Below are positions 49,228 through 62,695 of a stretch of 64,000 nucleotides of DNA, piece after piece. The notes under the pieces are model-generated. The model was given only the letters and a program-made list of their open reading frames with translations. It had not been told where the DNA came from and made no database searches. The DNA is from Octopus sinensis (taxonomy: Eukaryota). How positions within the stretch are numbered: position 1 is the first letter of the stretch; each line of letters begins with the position of its first letter. Both the position numbers and the translations under genes were made by a program. The stretch spans positions 13,342,464 to 13,406,463 of the forward strand of contig NC_043011.1 in assembly GCF_006345805.1 (NCBI RefSeq), written 5' to 3'.

Positions 49228-49500
49228 CATCATCATCATCATCGTCGTTTAACGTCCGCTTTCCATGTTAGCATGGGTTGGATGGCACCAGCCTCCAGTC
49301 TTGATCTGGCAGAGTTTCTACAGCTGGATGCCCTTCCTAACGCCAACCACTCTGAGGGTGTAATAGGTGCTTTTACATGCCACCGGCACGGGGGCCAGTC
49401 AGGTGGTACTGGCAACGACCTCGCTCGAATTTTTTACACATGCCAATGGCACAGGTGCCAGTAAGGCGATGCTGGTAACGATCCCGCTTGAATGGTGCCT
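49228..49500 (-). mobile_element. Family C RTE tail
   Basis: Consensus match. Confidence 0.8.
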
Positions 49501-49855
49501 CCTACATGCTGCCTTTGTTTCAATTAATCTTTAAAATAATGAAGTATTTAGTAAAATAACTAATTATTAAGCTGGCATATATTTAGCATAAAATTTTGAT
49601 GGAAGATCATAATTTAGACCACTTTAAAACAGTAGTAAGTTTATCTTAGAACTTGAGGTTGTCTCAGCTGGGTTAATATCAAAAGGGTTAAAGAATTATT
49701 TGTGCTTTTTCTGATGTAAAATTTTTTTTTATGTATTTCATTTCTATACACTTACTTTATCATCATCATCATCGTTTAACGTCCGTTTTCCGTGCTTATG
49801 ATTGCATATTTCCATTGATTGTTTGTTATACTTTTTATTTTTTTCTTATTTGCAG

Positions 49856-49966
49856 CTGAGTACTGGAAAGACATTTGAGGTGCTTTTACGATTCGACACG
49901 GATGTGGAGTGCACATACTTTTTGAACGGTGGCATCTTGAACTACATGATACGTGGTATGCTATGA
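49856..49966 (+). CDS. ACO1: ACO1 last coding exon ([36 protein letters not shown])
   Basis: TTGCAG| acceptor; [18 protein letters not shown] aconitase A C-terminus; TGA at 49964-49966. Confidence 0.98.
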   Translation: MSTGKTFEVLLRFDTDVECTYFLNGGILNYMIRGML

Positions 49967-50350
49967 TGTTGACTCGAAAGGATAGAGACATTTATTTCTA
50001 CTGGATCTCATTGAGGCGATTACTACTTCGAAAACTGCTTTGTGAGCAGTAATAGATAGTCGAGTGCCTTCTGAGATTTTAAATAAATTAATCCAAACCT
50101 GTCCTTTATTGATGGGGTAACATTAGTAATATGTTTGTTATGCTTAAGTAGACTCACTAACACTGGTTTACAGTTAGGAAGGTTGCCATTATTGATGCTA
50201 CTGTTTAAAATATTATATCTACATACAGTAATCAATACATTGGTCATCTAGAAAAATCCTGTCTAAGGCTGAAAAAAAAAATCCTGTTTTAGCTATCAGA
50301 AGGATCAATGTATGGATAGTGTCCAACATCCCGGTCTCTGACTACTTTTT

Positions 50351-50356
50351 AATAAA
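50351..50356 (+). terminator. Probable ACO1 polyadenylation signal (alternative AATAAA at 50082)
   Basis: AATAAA followed by a T/GT-rich tract, about 385 nt after the stop codon. Confidence 0.5.
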
Positions 50357-50789
50357 ATTTAATATTTCATTTATTTTGTCATTTTGTTTGGTTTTTTTAA
50401 ATCTTTTATTTTTTCCTTTTTTTTTGTATGTAGCATATTTACATGAATGGTTAATACAGATATGTTAAAATGAGTTGGAGAGACCTGCAAATTGAAACAA
50501 GATTTTTCTTTCTTGAAACGGACCCAAAGTTAATGAACTCAAATCATGGTATTGCCATTGTGTTCTGTTTATAAAAAAATCACAGTAATTCATTTTTCTT
50601 AGATTGTTTTAAATTTTCTGGTTTTCTCACCATCTTAATGTAAACACATTAGAAATTGAGTTGGAATTGAGAAAGGAAGCATTATTTGTCAATTGTGATA
50701 TCAGCCACCATAGAGGTATCAAAGTTGCTAAGTATAACATAGATGTCTCTTTTTAGTCCACTCATAAAGAGACAACCTGAGAGGTGTAT

Positions 50790-51064
50790 TTGTCACCAGG
50801 AGAATTCATCTACAAAGCAATTGTCCCAGCTCCCCTTTCAGGGTTGGCGAAAGCGTTGTGGTGGACAACGAAAAACCTGGCTGATGACGGTCAAGGCTGA
50901 TCTGGAACCCAACCATCGACCCCCATATCTACGGCGTTCGCCGCTGGAATAAGGAGTGGTTGGAGATCACGCGGTCGTTAGCCTCAAATCGCCGGGCCTG
51001 GTCGGCGTTTGTGAGAGATGCAGCATTGAGGATAAATGAAGCCAGCTCAACCCAGAAGAAGAAG
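50790..51064 (+). mobile_element. RTE-clade LINE 3' end (same family as 15680)
   Basis: QGWRKRCGGQRKTWLMTVKADLE followed by a (GAA)n tail. Confidence 0.75.
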
Positions 51065-51497
51065 TGTATTATCACCTCTAACAAGAGACACTGTTCTGTC
51101 TACCAATAAGATGAGTGACAAAAGCAATGACAACTGCATGAATGGTAATCACATAGAAAGAATTCTAGCAGCAATAAAATAGCAAAAGGAACATTAAGAA
51201 GCATTAATTTAAAAATATGAACAATAGCAGAAACAAATGAGTCTCTACATATTTACTTGACAGGCCACAAATTGCAATCATATTTTCTCTGAACTTTCAT
51301 CCTATTGTCTGAAAAGGAATGTTACATTGAAAAGTGTAGTCCTAGATACATTGCATCTAAAAATAAAGTCAAAAAATAGAATGGCCATTAGTGAAATACT
51401 TTTGATGATAAACCTGCTGGGTCAGGAGTTGTCCAGAGCTAACAATAATAGAAAGTGACATTGTCTTTTCAAAAATTAAATAAATAGAAACAAACTA

Positions 51498-51807
51498 GCC
51501 GGTGGCACGTGAAAAGCACCATCCGATTGTAGCCAATGCCAGCCTCGTCTGGCCCCCCGTGCCAGTGGCACGTAAAAAGCACCATCCGATCGTGGCCGTT
51601 TGCCAGCCTTGTCTGGCACCTGTGCCAGTGGCATGTAAAAAGCACCCACTAAACTGACGGAGTGGTTGGCGTTAGGAAGGGCATCTAGCTGTAGAAACAC
51701 TGCCAGATCAGACTGGGCCTGGTGCAGCCTTCTGGCTTCCCAGACCCCAGCTGAACCGTTCAACCCGTGCTAGCATGGAAAGCGGACATTAAATGATGAT
51801 GATGATG
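51498..51807 (+). mobile_element. Family C RTE tail
   Basis: Consensus match. Confidence 0.85.
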
Positions 51808-52313
51808 AAACATTTTATCATTGTGATTGTAATTCTATTAGCCATTTTTTTCACATTATGCAAAGTCTTCGAAAATATTGGTTCACTAAGCTATAACTTA
51901 CTGCGGCATGTAATGTAGAAAAGATCAGAAAGTTCCTTTGGGATGACCTACTGTGGGCAACAGACTAAATCTGTGGTTGATGCAAAGTTCCAAACAAACC
52001 AAGGGTAACATTGTGGTGGAACAGTGAAGTAGACAGAACCATAAAAGTAAAGACACAGGCTTGGAAAGACTGGTGAAATAGAAGCAGGAGAGAATTTTAT
52101 CAGATAGCTAGAAGATAAGCTAGGTTTCAGGCTTACATAGTAAAAGAAGAAATAGGAAATTGGTTTGCTAATGTTCTACAGTGTGAGGTGTTCCAGGTTG
52201 AAGACAATGTATCAGAAAAAATTAAGATATGGGTGAGAAGTGTGTGTAGATGGATATCGGTACACTTGTGCTTAGTGATTCTGAAAAAAAAAAGAGGTAT
52301 GGAAGTGCTGCTA

Positions 52314-52620
52314 TCATCATCATCATCATTGTTCGACTGTGGTCAAGACAATGGAATTTACTATGTTACGCCGGACTTCACGGTCCATCATAGCATTATG
52401 GAGGTCCTGTTGCTGGATGCCTGTATCCCTGGAGATTACATCAGAGTAGGAGAGTGTGCGCCCTCTGGTATCGTGAGTAGATGGGTTCCAGAGGAGAATA
52501 GTAGAAATTGCCTCGTTTTCAGCTCTACAACAATGTCCAGCAAACTGGACTCTCCTACTTTTCACAAGAGATGATACAGGTGGTAGTTTCCCATATATTT
52601 GTACTTTGGTTATGAAAGGC
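52314..52620 (-). mobile_element. RTE-like LINE 3' end (third family)
   Basis: RRVQFAGHCCR...GRTLSYSDVISRDTG followed by a (GAT)n tail. Confidence 0.7.
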
Positions 52621-54329
52621 TATTAAATGTGGAGCATGCATGGGAAAAAGAGGGTCTTCCAACATGGCCTTAACAGAAAAATCAGCTATCTTAGTTGGCA
52701 TAAGAATCATCAGATGGAGTGTGCTGGTACGGCCATGTGATACATAAGGATAAGGACAGCTGCCTTATTCATATGTATCTAAACCTGTCACCAAGCTGCA
52801 TAAAGAAGTACCAATCACTAAATGTAGATGGAACCTGTGGAAGAGGAAGATCTGGGGAGATGTAGGACAAAACGGCAACATTTTAACCTCCAGATGTTGA
52901 GCCTCACAGAATGACTGCCAATTTGCTGTGCTTGAGTAGACCCATCTATCTAAGCAAAAGTGGGGCCCTAAAGGTATATCATTCACGTCTGTGCTCCTAC
53001 ACAATCTGTTCTTGATGAATCCCTTGCCCACAACTCATCTTCTTAACATCAGCCCCCTCCACCTGTGTTCAGTACTCACTGCATTCCAGTCCTCTGCACC
53101 ATTTCACTTATACACGCTTCCCTATAAATTAAGAGTACATCATGACACATTTTTACCAACTGAGGCAGCCTTGTATCTCCTCTACAGCAAGACACTTGCT
53201 TCTGTCCCTCCATCATACTCTAATCTCTTATAACCTTGCACAAAGTCACTACCTTCAACAGTATTCCCTGCTCAGTAGAGAGAGAGGGGTCTTGCCTTGC
53301 TAGTTATTTCGTGACCTCACTACTTGCTGCTGATGTCATGTAAAAAGCACTCGATACACTCTATTAAGTTGTTTCTATGGCATCCAGCCATAGAAACCAT
53401 GTCTGAGAATAAGTACAAATCTAAATGACACTACGCTTCAATGTTCAAACATTAATATAGAGATAAAGAACAGTGGGTATATTATGTCCTTTTATAAGAA
53501 AGACACTAACAAATGACTGTAAGTAGCAGAAGACGGTGAATGTCCACATAATTACATGACTGTTCTAAAATATCTATTCAGAAGAATATTTAGATTTTCC
53601 CTTTGCAAAACGATGCACTACGAAATGAAATCTACAGAATAAAATAAACAGTAATTGTTAATAAATAAAACAAACAAGTAGAGCAAGCAACGGAACAATA
53701 GAGGAAGAATTTCAGAATACAGAACACTTAGTAAAAATACATAAGACTCCATATAACTGAAATTACATGAATTAAATTCACCTTGAATATATTATTGATG
53801 GATGCAATTAGCCAGAACCAGAACAAAACACATCAAATGGAACAAATAGGGCATGAAATTTAATCATAAAGTGACATTGATAATAAATACAAATATATCA
53901 TAATTGGAAAAAGTAAGCATCTTCATCACAATGAGAGAATTTCAACATGATCGCTTGAAATGCTAAAGATAGCAGCCAAATCTTCAGATCACACTTACTG
54001 ATTTAAAAATAAAGGACAAATTAGATAATGTAGCCATAAATATCTGTAAAAATATTGAGTGGATGCAGGTGGGATGTCAAATCTATCTTAGGCTCCAATC
54101 TGATCTGGCAAGGTTTCTACAGCTGGATGCCCTTCCTAATGCTAACAACTCCGTGAATGTAGTGGGTGGTTTTTATGTGCCACCAGCATGGGAGCCAGTC
54201 AGGCAGTACCGGCATCGACCATGTTTAGATGGTACTTTTTATGTGCCGCCGGCACAGGAGCCAGTCAGACGGCACTGGCACCGATCATGTTCGGGTGTTG
54301 CTTTTTACTTGCCACCAGCACGTAAATCT

Positions 54330-55530
54330 AGCAAATCAATTCTCTGACCCCTTTTCAATTCCAGCTGTAGCTTATTTCATTTCTGCCAGAATCTCAGACC
54401 CTACACTGCGGAAACGTTTTGCTGTTTCTATCAAGGCTGTTCTTAGTAGCTGCCCATCCTCCTCTGCTGAAAGTAGGTGGAATTGTATCCAGGAAGCTTT
54501 GTATACCACATCAATAGATACTTTCAGCATGAGAGAAAGGCAAAACCCAGATTTTGTTCAGTGCTGGGCTCTCAAAGCTGGAAACAGTTATCGAAGCAAA
54601 GCGTACAGATCTGATGCAATACAAGAGTGATTCTTCTACAAAAACACTCAAGAACTCAGAAAGGCAAGAAGTAAAACCCAACTGACTGCCAGACGCTGTG
54701 CAAATAGGTATTGGCAGGAAATCTGTCAGAGTATCCAGTCAGCTGCTGACAGTGGTGACACCCATGGGATGCATGCTGGTTTGAAGAAGGCCCTCGGTCC
54801 ATCTGCAACCAAGTCAGCCCCTCTGAAATCAACTACTGGAGATTTCATCAATGACCAAAGCAAGCAAATGGATAGATGGGTGGAGTCCTACCAGGATCTC
54901 TACTCATGGGAGACCACAGTCACTGAAGCTGCAATCGAGGATGTCAAGATTTTGCCAGCCATGTGCAAACTTAGTCTGCTGTCCATAGCAGAGCTCACCA
55001 AAGCTATCGACTCCCTAGCCAGTGGCAAGGCTCCGGGAAAAGACGGAATACCCTCAGGGATCATCAAAGCCAGAAAAAACACTGCCCTGCTTCAACACCT
55101 TCATGAGCTTCTCTGTCTGTGCTGGGAAGAGGGTACAGTCCGTCAGGATATGTGGGATGCTAACATCATCACGCTTTACAAAAGCAAAGGTGACCATGGT
55201 GATTGCAACAATTACCGTGGAATATCTCTTCTCAGCACTGTTGGAAAGACTTTTGCCTGTGTAATCCTGTCCAGGCTACAACTGCTTGCTTCTCGAATTT
55301 ATCCAGAATCGCAGTGTGGCTTTAGAAGAAGCAGATCAACTATTGACATGATATTCTCCATACGCCAACTTCAGGAGAAGTCCAGAGAGCAGAAAATACC
55401 ATTATATATGGCCTTCATTGATCTGACAAAGGCCTTTGACTTGGTCAGTAGAAAAGGCCTCTTCATCCTGCTTCAAAAAATCGGATGTCCACCAAAGCTG
55501 CTGAGGATCATCGAATCTTTCCAGGATGAT
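54330..55530 (+). mobile_element. RTE/BovB-like LINE ORF2 fragment
   Basis: KAPGKDGI, NYRGISLLS, PESQCGFR..RSTIDMIFSIRQLQEK, FIDLTKAFD; truncated before YADD. Confidence 0.9.
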
Positions 55531-55618
55531 ATTCAACAACAAATATATATACTTAAATGTGTAACAGTGTCTGTCTGTGTATTTGGGGTTACTCTAACTC
55601 CTCCCACACCATCCAACC

Positions 55619-56466
55619 AAAACATGGGCCATGACTGCTGAAAACATGCGTAGGCTCGAAAGAAATGAAGCTAGCATGATCCACTAGATGTGTAATGTCA
55701 GTGTGCACACACAACAGAGTGTAAGCACCCTGAGAGAAATGTTGGACATAAGAAGCTTTGGATGTGGTATGCAAGAGAGATGTTTGTGTTGGTATGGTCA
55801 TGTACTACAGATAGATGAGGAGAGCTGTGTGAAGAAATGTCACTCCCTAACAGTGGAAAGAATCCGGAGTAGAGGGAGACCTAGGAAGACATGAGATGAG
55901 GTGGTGAACCATGACCTTTGAACATTAGGCCTCACAGAGGCAATGACAAAAGACCAAGACCTCTGCTGTGACTGAGAAAACCCAGCAAATAAAGTGAGTT
56001 CACAGCTGTAACCTATACCAGTGTCACATAACTAGCTTACTTGAAAGTACCTTGGATCATAGGGCAACATGCCATGCTTGAGGAAACCTATTAAGTCAAG
56101 TACATCAACATCAAAATCAAATGGAAATTGTAGTTGTGATCCCCATGCCGGTGACACGTAAAAAGCTCCACCTGAATGTGACCAATGCCAGCGCCACCTT
56201 GACTGGCTTCCATGCTGGTTGCACATAAAAGGCACTATCCGATTGTGGTCGATGCCAGCCTCCTCTGGCCCCTGAGCCAGTGGCACGTAAAAAGCACCCA
56301 CTATACTCTCGGAGTGGTTGGCATTAGGAAGGGCATCCAGCTGTAGAAACACTGCCAGATCAGACTGGAGCCTGGCACAGCCTCCTGGCTTCCCAGACCC
56401 CAGTCGAACCATCCAACCTATGCCAGCATGGAAAACGGATGTTAAACGATGATGATGATGATGATG
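55619..56466 (+). mobile_element. PHD-RTE family 3' end (decayed C-terminus, 3' UTR, (GAT)n)
   Basis: CVKKCHSLTVERIRSRGRPRKT matches the C-terminus of ORF 19552-21762; continues into the family C tail. Confidence 0.85.
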
Positions 56467-57095
56467 AAGGGAAACAAAGCATCAGTGGACATTTTACGAA
56501 CAACCAATAATAGTAGAAAATGAAGAGAAAAAGTTACGACAATAGGAAATTGTTAGTTATTTGAAACCAAATTTTAGAAAACTGACAAAGATTGTAAATC
56601 TAAGGATGTAGAATCCAATGCAATTTTCAAAATTAAAGAAATAATATTGTTGATATATTGTTAACATTTTATTCTGATTGCCTTTCTTTTGGTTTTAAAA
56701 ACTAAAAACTGCTTTTTTAACTGGGACAGAAAGATCAAGGTAATGAATACAAAATACAAAAAAGCAAGAAATAATATTTCCCATTTAGACTTCTGAATTA
56801 ACTAAACTACAGTGACAAGTGAGTGAAACCTTTGGCAATACACCGTGCTTGTGATGACCTGTCAAACCCCAAATGAGATTGTTGTGGCCGATGCCAGTGT
56901 TTTGTAACTGATACCCATTCTAGTAGCATGTAAAAAGCATCCATTACGCTCTTGGAGTGGTTGGTATTAGGAAGGGCATCCAGCTGAAGAAATTCTGCCA
57001 AATCAGACTGAAACCTGGTGCAGCTCCCCAGCTTATCAGTTTTCAGTCAAACCATCATGGTAGCATGGAAAACGGACATTAAATGATGATGATAT

Positions 57096-57147
<52 letters not shown>

Positions 57148-57245
57148 CCATCATCATCATCATTATCATCGTGTGTGTGTGTGTGTGAAGAAAATCCTAC
57201 TAAAGTGGACACAGATAAAAATATCATGATTCGTCAAATAATGTA

Positions 57246-57295
57246 GACACCTCTGATGAGAACACGATAATATCTGAATAGCGATTAAGGCTGTC
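57246..57295 (+). other. Degenerate hammerhead-like motif
   Basis: GACACCT-CTGATGA...GAATAG...AGGCTGTC; stem I is recognisable, but GAAA and stem II have decayed. Confidence 0.35.
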
Positions 57296-57559
57296 CGTTA
57301 ATTTTCAATCTACAGAGAAACAGTTAAATTCACCATGTTCGTATTTCTACTATGTATATTTGCTCACACACGCACAGACATACACTAACATAAGTAGGTA
57401 CTTGCATTTAAAAAAAAATTCAAATATGCTTTATTTATTAATAATTTGAAAATACCGTCTAGGAGATATTTATTTGATCTGCGTAGCGAGTCATATCATG
57501 TACAGTATTTGATATGGGTACTGAATATTCCTGCAAAAGTGCTGTATGAAGTGTTCAGG

Positions 57560-58140
57560 CAAACAATAGGCTTGCATTGGAATTTATGTAACCCCTTACA
57601 AATGCTCTCCGACATCTTTATATATAAAAGAGAAGTTGTGTGTCTGTCTCCTACGATTTAGATTCCTAACTACTCCCACATTTTGCGGTGCAGTTTAACC
57701 AAAACCGGGTATCTTATAGTCGTGATTCATATCGAGCCCTTCTGGGTATTAGCGCGCGTCTACGATTTAAAAAATAATTTACCATCATTTTTTTCCATTT
57801 TAATGCATTTTTTCGCTATTATATAAGGGAAGTAACTCTCTAAAAATGTCTACGATGAGTCAACGATTTAAAAAAAATTTACCATAATTTTTTTTCCATT
57901 TTTAATGCATTCTTTTGCTACTTTTTGGCTATAACTCTCTAAAAATGCTTATCTAGTTATTTCCCTTACAAACCTGAGCAACGCCAGGCGATACTGCTAG
58001 TTGCATATAAAAACACCAGCCTATCACTCTTCATGGTACAGAGTCTGCGGCCTTTAATAAAACCACGAAGGCCTTAGCTGATGCTACCATCTTAGTTTAT
58101 CAGAAGCCTGGTGCACCACTCTGTTAGTCGATGCATCACA
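57560..58140 (+). mobile_element. Ty3/gypsy pol (RT-RNase H junction) relic split by a Helitron
   Basis: PLTNALR | ...ESAAFNKTTKALADATILVYQKPGAPL..DAS. Confidence 0.55.
57615..58000 (+). mobile_element. Non-autonomous Helitron
   Basis: A|TCTTTATATATAAAA ... GAGCAACGCCAGGCGATACTGCTAG|T; 3' end shared with 18701-19086. Confidence 0.85.
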
Positions 58141-59099
58141 GTTTTTCAGTCTAACGAGACGCAAATCAGTGTCATCTCAATCAAGAATAACTATTTTATC
58201 ATCTCCTGTTCCACCCTGATGTCTTCTTTAAGCCTATGCACCACTCGCACTAAGATTTCTTGGGTTTTTGTACAACTAAATTATTGGTTACATGTTATTT
58301 GTACTATTACGGTAGGTATGTAATAAGACAATTAGAATACAAAACCAAAACCTTCATATATTTTCACCGTTTAGAACATGGAATTATAAGTGGAACAATA
58401 CGGTAAAGTTCTTGTAAATGCTGATATGAATTGCCGTGGAAGCCAGCTGTCTGCTGTGTACTTTTGTAAACTAAGAAAAAGATATTTATTAGCTTTCGAA
58501 AAAGGAGGAGAGGAGGCGAGGGTAAGAAGCGGGGAAGACAGGGAAGTATGTTTCCTGTTCTACAGATTAAATCAAGTGTAAAACATACCAATTATTCTTC
58601 ATTTGAATATTCCAGACGAACGATCTATCCATTTATTACCCGTATACACAATGAATACTGACGTGCTGTCATACACGTCATGAGGTGATTCTTGGTTAAG
58701 GTAGAAATTGTCACTAAAATCAACTCAAATTAAGTCAATCGCCTCAGTTCCAATCGAACTTATCCTTGATGGGCATCATAGTTCGATATTTAATAAGTTT
58801 TTCTTCTTTCTTTCTTATGCTACAGTAAAAATTCTAAAAGAAATGAGTCACTGGAAGGTTCAAGAAATTTAAAAATGTGGTCAGACTGCCGTCCAAAATA
58901 TATGCTTTGCCTTGTGACTTCCCCAGTAGCAACCAGTTTGGAAAAGAGACAATGGCAAGAGGGAATAAAGTTAAAGGAGTTATAGATAGAAAGGTAAATA
59001 GAGAGTAGGGGTAAGTGCTAACGTAACTGAAAGTGAAAGGCGAAGGGAAAAAAAGGAGTAAAAAAAAATTGAAATAGAGAAAAAGAAAATATGACATAG

Positions 59100-59667
59100 A
59101 AACAGAGATAAGAAATAGAAAGAGAGAGAGGGGGGGCTAGAAGAGAGAAAGGGAGAAGAGATCAAGGTTAAGAGAGAAAAAGAAGGAAAATTTAGAAAGT
59201 GAGAGAGAAAAGAAATAGAGAAAGGAGACCAAAGTTAAGAGAGAAAGAGAAAGAAAATCTAGAAAGAGAGAGAGAGAGAGAGAGAGAGAAAAGAAATATA
59301 AGGGAGAGACCAAGGTTAAGAGAGAAAGAAAACGAGTAGAGAGAATGAGAGAAACAGGAATAGACAGAGGAGGTTAAAGCAAAAAAAGAGAGAGAGTAAG
59401 AAAACTAGAGAGGGAGAAAGAGGAGTAAAGCAAGGATGAGAGGCAGAGAGAGAGAGAGACAGACAAAGAAGAATAAAAAGAGAGGGGGAAATTGAAGACA
59501 AATGCAAAAAGAAAGAAAGCAAGAGAGAGAGAGAGAGGAGTAAAGCAAGGATGAAAGACAGAGAGAGGGAGAGAGAGAAAAAAGAAGAATAAAAAGAGGG
59601 GGAAATTGAAGACAAATGCAAAAGGAAAGAAAAGAAGAGAGAGAGAGAGGAGTAAAGCAAGGATGAG

Positions 59668-59704
<37 letters not shown>

Positions 59705-59990
59705 TAAAGAAGAATAAAAAGAGAGGGGGGAAATTGAAGACAAATACAAAAAGGAAGGAAAGGAGTGAGAGAGAGAGAGAGAGGAGTAAAGCAAGAATGA
59801 GAACCAGAGAGAGAGAGAGAGGAGTAAAGCAAGGATGAGAGGCAGAGAGAGAGAGAGAGAAAGAAGAATAAAAAGAGAAGGGGAAATTGAAGACAAATGC
59901 AAAAAGAAAGAAAGAAAGAAAGCAAGAGAGAGAGAGAGAGAGAAAGAGTGAGAGGGAAACACTGAGAGAGAGGAAGAAAGAGTGATAGAA
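59100..59990 (+). repeat. Polypurine (GA)n composite minisatellite, ~115-125-bp units
   Basis: GGAGTAAAGCAAGGATGA...(GA)n...AAGAAGAATAAAAAGAG..GGAAATTGAAGACAAATGCAAAA repeated 4-5 times. Confidence 0.9.
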
Positions 59991-59999
59991 AGAGCTATT

Positions 60000-60172
60000 T
60001 GTCGTCTCAACACAATAACGACCTTGAGCTTCTATATAAGGAAAGGACGCGGTGCTTTGAGAGCGAAGGTCGTTTAAAACGGGTGAAGGTTGTTTTGCCA
60101 CTCGCACTGCTGTTTGTCGCACTCTTCATACGACACTCTTCACTCTTAACGTGCTGTATTAATATCTGCAAG
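60000..60172 (+). promoter_or_regulatory. Possible promoter / non-coding first exon of a downstream gene
   Basis: Locally CpG-rich non-repeat sequence, TATATAA at 60033, donor-like CAAG|GTACTT at 60172. Confidence 0.3.
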
Positions 60173-61100
60173 GTACTTATTTATCTTTTCTAATCCCATT
60201 AATCTTTCTTTTATATATTTTGCAGGCAACATATAACTTCATATTAGACATTTCTCTTCCTTTTCTCTTGCCAATCCCTCTTATTTCATATTTTTACCAT
60301 TGATTCTTCCTCCTTTTTGGCCGTTTCAGTTTTTGACGTTCTTTAAAATTCTCCAAGTTTATTTCCTATTGTTCGCCGAATATTTGTTCTATATTTTATT
60401 ATATTTAAAACTGCTGTAATTGTGATGAAGTGTAATTATTATGTCTTTAATATGTCTGTACCGTTTATATTAATTTTAAAATATTTTTTAATGAATTTTT
60501 ACCGATTTTTACAGTCGCCAACGAAGACGCTTTCATATTAAACCCACTTCAGCTGTTTTATTATTTACATTTTCCCGATTATTTCACGGCAAGACAATTA
60601 TACACACACCTATTTTATTAACCATTTAAAGCAATGGTGTACTCTTTCCGCAGTGGTTCAATTAGCTAAAAATAATCAAATCCACCCCAAATACGCCCTT
60701 TCTGTCTTAAAAAAAACCCAACAAAGGACACAATGGACATTAATAGCTCTTGGTGAGGTTTAATTAAGACAAAAGACGTAAATGGCCATCACTGTTCAAT
60801 CAGTCTTGACCTACAGCAAACTGTTATAAGGCAATCAATTATCTTGCAAGTTACCCATATTGTAAATTTCTACATTTCTATGAATGCAGCATTTTATTAA
60901 ATACTCCTCTTTTTTTATCACTTTACTGTTGTCCAAGCGATCGATCATGCAATATATTTTGTATGTCTATTGATCTCTTAAGGTCATCGCTTTCGCTTTT
61001 TTTGTCTTAAGGTGAAACCAACCCTTCTCCGTCCAAGTCTATTTTACTACATGTTACTCGTTTTAATATTATTTTCATTCGTGTTATGGCTGAGACAGAC

Positions 61101-61133
<33 letters not shown>

Positions 61134-62224
61134 CATGCGTGATTCGTCTAAGTGATTCATAAGTCAGGGGAAAAGATGCATTCGTATATCTTTCGGTTAA
61201 TATATATATATTGTGTGTGTGTGTGTAATATTTCACCAAAATAATATATATTCTCATCGTATATTTTTGCAATTTCTGGGACCGATGAGATTAACAGTGT
61301 TTTTTTCCTGTGTTGGCTTAGATAAAAATAATTAATGGGTAAATTTATTTATAAAATGGCAGCCTGTTTAATTGGAAGGTGTGTATTTTTATTTCTTGTA
61401 TCTTGCCGTTCGGAATATGATCTTGTCCACTCACCTAATTACTCTACAATTTAATGAAGTATTTTTTTTTTTTTTATGGGGGTGTGCAAAAAAAGAAACG
61501 TCCCTGATTTAAAAATGCATGTAATTTATAACGATGTTGCGTTATATCTCCCCACATGTCAGCTGGGTAAAAATTTCTGTAATGTTTCGTAACCACAAAT
61601 GTCGATCGGACGGTTGTCAGTTGTAGGATTTTGATCAACCTTGACACTCACCACTAAATCAATAATCTTTGATATTTTAGATCTGGTTAAATTTTACCTT
61701 TATTTTTTTTTTAACATACTATCTTTGGCTAGGGTAGAATTTGGTATGTTATAAGCATTTAGATTAGTAAGCATTTCTTCCAGCTAACATTTGAGCCCGG
61801 TAAAGTTAAATAGTTTATGTAGGATACGTTTAATGGTTACCAGTTGTTGGATTATGTTCTGGTAATGCGTTGAAAGAAGTGCCAATTGAGTGCCACTCAT
61901 CACCATTATTCGCAACAGTATATATTTATCAATTACATCATCACAATAATTATTGTTGCACATTCTTGCATCTGGCTTAGCACAAAATTTTCCTATCCCA
62001 ATACGGGACTACGGAAACGATATCACTCGCCACAACTGTATAGGGTTTTTCTTTTCTTTTTCTGTTATGACGAGGCATTACCGTTTTTCGGAAGGTGGTT
62101 CCCAGAATTCGTGGATCACAATAATTTAACTTAGCATTACTTTCGCAACCAAGCTGTACATAAAATTCGCTGTGGACCTCTGGTGGTTCATGTATTGTCG
62201 GTGGCTGTTATGGGTATTATGTAT

Positions 62225-62382
62225 GTATTTCTTTACTGCCCACAAGGGGCTAAACATAGAGGGGACAAACAAGGACAGACGAAGGGATTGGGTCGATTAT
62301 ATCGCCTCCCCCAGTGCGAAACTGGTACTTTATTCATCGACCCCGAAAGGATGAAAGGCAAAGTTGACCTCGGCGGAATTTG
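62225..62382 (-). mobile_element. SINE family B, 3' part
   Basis: Consensus match. Confidence 0.8.
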
Positions 62383-62695
62383 TGGCGTTCCCATTGCTGT
62401 GGAACCATAACAGTTATTTAAAATTGTCTTTGTTTACATTTCTAGCTGTTATTGGAATATATGGCACTTGTTTTGGAGAATTTGCCTACTTCCTCGTCAG
62501 ACCATTGTGTTTGCTAGTTCATTTCAAGACAGTGACAATATTCTAAAGTTACTGTGTCCTCTCCCCTAATTTAGACATTTTTTTATGACCAAACTGTGGA
62601 TTTACAAACTCATTTTGATAAAACATGACGAATCAAAACTATTAACTCTCAGTTAGTAGTTTTCTTTGGTCTTCTGATACAATAAGACAAGTTAG

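Noticed and set aside
49967-50400. Iron-responsive element in the ACO1 3' UTR (autoregulation)
   Set aside because: No C-bulge + 5-bp stem + CAGUGN loop found by eye; the 5' UTR is outside the window.
53400-53950. Minus-strand exons or a C/D snoRNA downstream of ACO1
   Set aside because: Splice-like sites exist but all frames close quickly, and the C/D box spacing (~215 nt) is unconvincing.
59316-60122. Long Leu/Ser/Phe-rich minus-strand ORFs
   Set aside because: Artefacts of the (CT)n/(GA)n minisatellite.
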